36,239 bases of DNA, taken from NCBI GenBank assembly GCA_012799075.1, contig JAAZLZ010000167.1, positions 1 through 36,239 of the forward strand. Direction: 5' to 3'. Both the position numbers and the translations under genes were made by a program. Positions within the stretch are counted from its first letter, which is position 1. Every line of letters starts with the position of its first letter. The DNA is from Bacillota bacterium (GTDB lineage: Bacteria; Bacillota; Limnochordia; JAAZLZ01). Below are positions 32,706-36,239 of the stretch, piece after piece. Under the pieces are notes generated by a model. It did not search any database and had not been told where the DNA came from. It was given only the letters and a program-made list of their open reading frames with translations.

Positions 32706-33863
32706 ATGGCCAGAATTTTTAATTATGCGATGGGGACGGACATAGTATACGGGATTGGGGCCAGCAAGCAAGCAGGCAAATATGCGAGGGATTTGGGCTG
32801 TTCCCGCATACTCATTGTGACTGATCCGGGGATTGAAAAGGTTGGCCTGTTAGAGGGCATCCTAGCCTCCCTCAAAGAGGCAGGGATCGAAGCGACGGTC
32901 TTTGCCGAGGTGGAAGAAAACCCCCTCGATACCACCATTGAAAGGGCCTATGAACTTTATGCCGAAAAGAACTGTGATGGAGTCATCGGGGTCGGCGGAG
33001 GCAGCTCCATGGACTCGGCTAAGGCCGTAGCGCTGCTTGCCACGAATCCTGGACCCTTGTTGAGGTATGAGGGCTTTAACAAGGCGGAAAACAAGGCTGG
33101 AACCGTCATTGCCATTCCTACCACCGCGGGCACCGGATCGGAGGTAACGACGGTGTCTGTTGTCACCGATTCCAAGCGCCAGCAGAAAACCGTTGTCAGC
33201 GGTCGGCAGTTGACTCCGACCTTGGCTCTTTGCGACCCGGAGCTAACGGTCAGCCTGCCGCCTTTCATGACGGCTACGACAGGAATGGATGCCCTCAGCC
33301 ATGCTTTGGAATGCTATGTTAACACTAATACCAACCCTATTTCGATGGCCCTGGCCTATCGCGCCATGGAACTTATCGGCAAGAACCTGCGGGCTGCGGT
33401 AGCCAATGGGAAGAACTTGGCCGCCCGGGACGGGATGCTTATGGGCAGCCTAATAGCCGGAATGGCCTTCAACGTGACCCGCCTGGGATTGGCCCACTCC
33501 GCGGCCATGCCCCTGGGAAGCTGGGAGAATAAGCTGTCCCACGGTTTGGCCAATGCCATCATGCTGCCCCGGGTCTCGGAATTCAACCTGATGGCCAATT
33601 ATGAGCGTTATGCTGAAGTGGCCAAGGCCTTAGGCGAAGATGTTGACGGGCTGCCACCTCGAGAGGCAGCGCTCCTTGCAGTTCAGGCCCTTGATGACCT
33701 GGTTGCTGACGTTGGCATTCCATCGGGGCTTGCCGAGGCGGGCATCAAGCCGGAGAACATCCCGGCCATTGCTGAGGAAACCATGAAGAGCGGCAATACT
33801 CTAGTTAACCCTCGCCAGGCTACTTTACAGGACGTCATCGGGCTCTTAGAAAGAAGCATGTAA
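32706..33863 (+). CDS. Iron-containing (group III) alcohol dehydrogenase, lactaldehyde/propanediol-type
   Basis: GGGSSMDSAKA, the PTTAGTGSE nucleotide motif and metal-His regions. ATG 32706 follows GGGGAGGTGG. Confidence 0.9.
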   Translation: MARIFNYAMGTDIVYGIGASKQAGKYARDLGCSRILIVTDPGIEKVGLLEGILASLKEAGIEATVFAEVEENPLDTTIERAYELYAEKNCDGVIGVGGGSSMDSAKAVALLATNPGPLLRYEGFNKAENKAGTVIAIPTTAGTGSEVTTVSVVTDSKRQQKTVVSGRQLTPTLALCDPELTVSLPPFMTATTGMDALSHALECYVNTNTNPISMALAYRAMELIGKNLRAAVANGKNLAARDGMLMGSLIAGMAFNVTRLGLAHSAAMPLGSWENKLSHGLANAIMLPRVSEFNLMANYERYAEVAKALGEDVDGLPPREAALLAVQALDDLVADVGIPSGLAEAGIKPENIPAIAEETMKSGNTLVNPRQATLQDVIGLLERSM

Positions 33864-33929
33864 GTTTCCTAGGGTCGACCATTGGGAGCCCCAGGGCTCC
33901 CAAATTTCTTTTTAGAAGGGGATGCTGAG

Positions 33930-34544
33930 GTGGACGCTTCTGCCAAATCGTTAGTCGCTATCTGTCACCAACTGTATCAACGGGGGCTCGTCAGCGGGTC
34001 GGGGGGGAACGTCAGTCTACGGGTAGAAGACGGGTTCTTGATCACCCCTGCCGGCCTATCCCTAGGGTCTTTGACAGAGAACCAGCTGGCAAGGGTGGAT
34101 TTGACGGGTCGGGCTCTCTTTAAAGGCCGGCCTTCCAAGGAAAGCCCAATGCACTTGGCCATCTATCAGGCAAGGGAGGATGTTAAGGCCATTGTCCATA
34201 CCCATTCCCCCCATGCCACTGCCCTAACCTGTCTCCTTGGGCCCGGTTGGTACATCCCGCCTTACACGCCGGGCTATGCCTATCTAGTTCGTCATCTCCC
34301 TCTTGTTCCTTACCACCGTCCTGGCTCCCAGGCCCTTGCCGATGCAATCCGGAAGGAAGCGTCCCTCACCAACGGGCTTCTCCTGCAGAACCATGGCGTT
34401 GTGGCCTTAGGCGCCAGCCTAGCCGAAGCCCTAAGCATCGCGGAGGAGATCGAGGACAACTGTCGCATTTACCTCTTGACCCAAGGCCAAGCTCGGTCCT
34501 TGTCGCCGGCGGAGGTGGAGGAGATAAGGAAGGTGATGGGGTGA
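33930..34544 (+). CDS. Class II aldolase/adducin-family protein (fuculose-/rhamnulose-phosphate aldolase-like)
   Basis: GSGGNVSLR, ITPAG and HTHSPHATA motifs. GTG 33930 follows AGAAGGGG, so the ORF-track TTG at 33882 is probably too early. Confidence 0.85.
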   Translation: MDASAKSLVAICHQLYQRGLVSGSGGNVSLRVEDGFLITPAGLSLGSLTENQLARVDLTGRALFKGRPSKESPMHLAIYQAREDVKAIVHTHSPHATALTCLLGPGWYIPPYTPGYAYLVRHLPLVPYHRPGSQALADAIRKEASLTNGLLLQNHGVVALGASLAEALSIAEEIEDNCRIYLLTQGQARSLSPAEVEEIRKVMG

Positions 34545-34555
34545 GCAACAGCTGT

Positions 34556-34825
34556 TCATCCTTTGAGTCCACTAAGTGTAATAGCCTTGACCACCCATTG
34601 TTGGAGTAAAAGAAAGACAACTACAACGGGAATGATGCTGATGATGGAGGCGGCAGTGGCCAAGTGGTACTCGATAAAGTACATGTTTGTAAACTCCGAT
34701 AAACCCATGGTTACGACTTTCATGGAGTCTGTACTAGTGATCACTAAAGGCCAAAAGAACTCGTTCCATGTCCAAAGGAATTTGATTATGCCCAAGGCAG
34801 CTAGGGCAGGGGATGTCCCATAATC
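34556..34825 (-). pseudogene. 3' remnant of a carbohydrate ABC transporter permease, truncated by IS insertion
   Basis: The C-terminal ~89 codons (PALAALGIIKFLWTWNEFFWPLVI...VVVFLLLQQWVVKAITLSGLKG) match MalG/AraQ-type permease ends. Similarity stops at the IS left inverted repeat (34826). The rest of the 141-aa ORF is read-through into IS sequence. Confidence 0.7.
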
Positions 34826-36239
34826 CGTGGAAATTGAGGTGGCGGTAACCAGCCTCGTTGTGATAGATTGGTTTTGACGAACAACAATCTCACAACATGG
34901 AGGTACCGCCAATGTCAGGATACCACGAGTCCAAAGAACATTCCAGTAAAATGACGGAAAAAGAACGCTGTGAAAAGGCAAGAGAGCTGTGCATGGTCAT
35001 GTCCTTCGCCCGACTTCAAGATGCCCTCAAGGATGGAGTGGTAGCCTTGTGCACAGCGGCTGGTCTGACCGTTCTCCAAGCTATGATGCAAGAACAAGTT
35101 ATCGAATTGACCGGACCCAAAGGCAAGCACAATAAGGATAGAGACTGTTACCGTCACGGGACCGAGCCTTCCAAAGTTGTTCTGGGAGGCCGAAAGGTCC
35201 CGATTGAACGCCCCCGTGTCAGAACCATCGATGGGCATGAGGTTCCCCTGGAGATCTACGAGTTGGTGAAGGATGATAATTCTCTGTTGGAAAGGGCTAT
35301 GGAGTTGATGTTACATGGGCTCTCTAGTCGGAATTATAAGCAGGCGCTCGAGTGGGAATTGGATGGTGAGCCCGGCTCCACTTCCAAGAGCACTGTTAGC
35401 CGCAATTTCATCAAGGCGACTAGGAAAGAGGCAGAACGGCTTCTTCATCGACGTTTTGATGATTTAGACATCCCCATTGTCATGATCGACGGTGTTCGCT
35501 TTGCCGAATACCACGTAATTATTGCCATGGGAATTACGATTGACGGCACCAAACGCATATTGGGGCTGCGTATTGGAAGCGCTGAAAACGCTACCGTATG
35601 TAAGGATTTATTAACCGATCTGCAGGAGCGGGGCTTGCATGCCAGTGATGGCCTGCTTGCCATAATTGATGGGTCGAAGGCCCTGAGGAGCGCCCTCAAG
35701 TTGGTATTCGGGAATCGAGTATTGATCCAAAGGTGCCATGTCCATAAGCTGCAGAATGTCCTTGATTATCTCCCCAAGGAGCAAAAGCCCTGGGTCAAAC
35801 GGAAAATGAGACAGGCCTGGTCGATGGACGATGCCGGGGAGGCTCTTCAGGCCCTTAGAAGCCTTGCAACATCGCTAGGGTCCAATTATCCGGATGCAGC
35901 AGCCAGTCTCCGTGAAGGCTTAGAAGAAACCGTTACGGTGCTCAGGCTTCAAATCAGCGGTCTTCTTCGCCAAACCCTCCGTTCAACGAATGCTATTGAA
36001 TCGCTCAATTACCAGGTCAAAAGTCGTACCCGAAACGTAAAGAACTGGAAGAATGGGTCCATGGTCCAACGCTGGGTGGCGGCCGGTCTGCTAGATATCG
36101 AGACTTGTTTGCGTCGAGTGAAGGGCTTCCGTGATCTACCGATGCTGAAGTCAGAAGTCCGCCGGCTGACCGTTGGGATCACAGACGGGGCAGGAAACGC
36201 ATGGGAATCAGCGTGATTCTGCGCCACCGAAATTCCACG
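34826..36239 (+). mobile_element. IS256-family insertion sequence (1,414 bp to the window end)
   Basis: Imperfect terminal inverted repeats: cgtggaaattgaggtggcgg (34826-34845) against the reverse complement of 36220-36239, cgtggaatttcggtggcgc (16 of ~20 positions with one gap). They enclose a mutator-type transposase gene. Confidence 0.8.
34912..36216 (+). CDS. IS256-family (mutator-type) DDE transposase
   Basis: Typical family blocks: IVMIDGVRF, LLAIIDGSKAL, IQRCHVHKLQNV and STNAIESLN. ATG 34912 sits 7 nt after GGAGGT; ATG 34897 is an alternative start. Confidence 0.9.
   Translation: MSGYHESKEHSSKMTEKERCEKARELCMVMSFARLQDALKDGVVALCTAAGLTVLQAMMQEQVIELTGPKGKHNKDRDCYRHGTEPSKVVLGGRKVPIERPRVRTIDGHEVPLEIYELVKDDNSLLERAMELMLHGLSSRNYKQALEWELDGEPGSTSKSTVSRNFIKATRKEAERLLHRRFDDLDIPIVMIDGVRFAEYHVIIAMGITIDGTKRILGLRIGSAENATVCKDLLTDLQERGLHASDGLLAIIDGSKALRSALKLVFGNRVLIQRCHVHKLQNVLDYLPKEQKPWVKRKMRQAWSMDDAGEALQALRSLATSLGSNYPDAAASLREGLEETVTVLRLQISGLLRQTLRSTNAIESLNYQVKSRTRNVKNWKNGSMVQRWVAAGLLDIETCLRRVKGFRDLPMLKSEVRRLTVGITDGAGNAWESA

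Noticed and set aside
34826-34981. Apparent N-terminal 52 codons of the 141-aa permease-like ORF
   Set aside because: This part lies inside the IS256 left end and its inverted repeat. It is a fortuitous open frame, not part of the original permease.
1-36239. Scan for CRISPR arrays, toxin-antitoxin pairs, restriction or other defence genes, phage genes, rRNA/tRNA, and in-frame TGA (selenocysteine) in redox enzymes
   Set aside because: I found no spaced direct-repeat array, no small paired ORFs typical of TA modules and no nuclease/helicase/methylase signatures. All redox genes read through without internal stops.

Overview
This 36.2-kb chromosomal stretch appears to come from a Gram-positive anaerobe. 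That guess rests on strong GGAGG-type Shine-Dalgarno sites, frequent TTG/GTG starts and the gene content: a flavodiiron protein, Hcp, a glycyl-radical activase and a [FeFe]-hydrogenase-like gene. I found no rRNA, tRNA, CRISPR array, prophage or recognisable defence genes. The window is a dense accessory catabolism and transport region. In order it contains: (1) glutamate dehydrogenase, split dihydroxyacetone kinase DhaK/DhaL, RidA, a class-III aminotransferase and a flavodiiron protein; (2) a long minus-strand operon of a SelA/DgaE-like PLP enzyme, an orphan glycyl-radical-enzyme activase, a class-I aminotransferase and a polar amino-acid ABC importer; (3) TRAP transporter no. 1, a creatininase-family hydrolase, a short-form hybrid-cluster protein behind a consensus promoter, a C_GCAxxG_C_C protein, a Zn-ADH and an HD-GYP protein; (4) a GntR regulator, TRAP transporter no. 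2 and a URO-D-family protein, then a DUF362/YbaK pair, then a MetF-MetV fusion, a second URO-D-family protein and a solitary DctQ-like membrane protein; (5) a truncated [FeFe]-hydrogenase-like protein translationally coupled to a MoaD/ThiS-type GG-terminal protein; (6) an Fe-ADH and a class II aldolase next to a sugar ABC permease gene cut by an IS256-family element whose right inverted repeat coincides with the window end. The three best candidates for undescribed biology are the hydrogenase-like/MoaD-like pair, the SelA-like PLP enzyme paired with a GRE activase that has no GRE, and the URO-D/MetF-MetV/DctQ-like module that has no corrinoid protein. All functional calls come from motif and family recognition by eye. 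No similarity search was possible.
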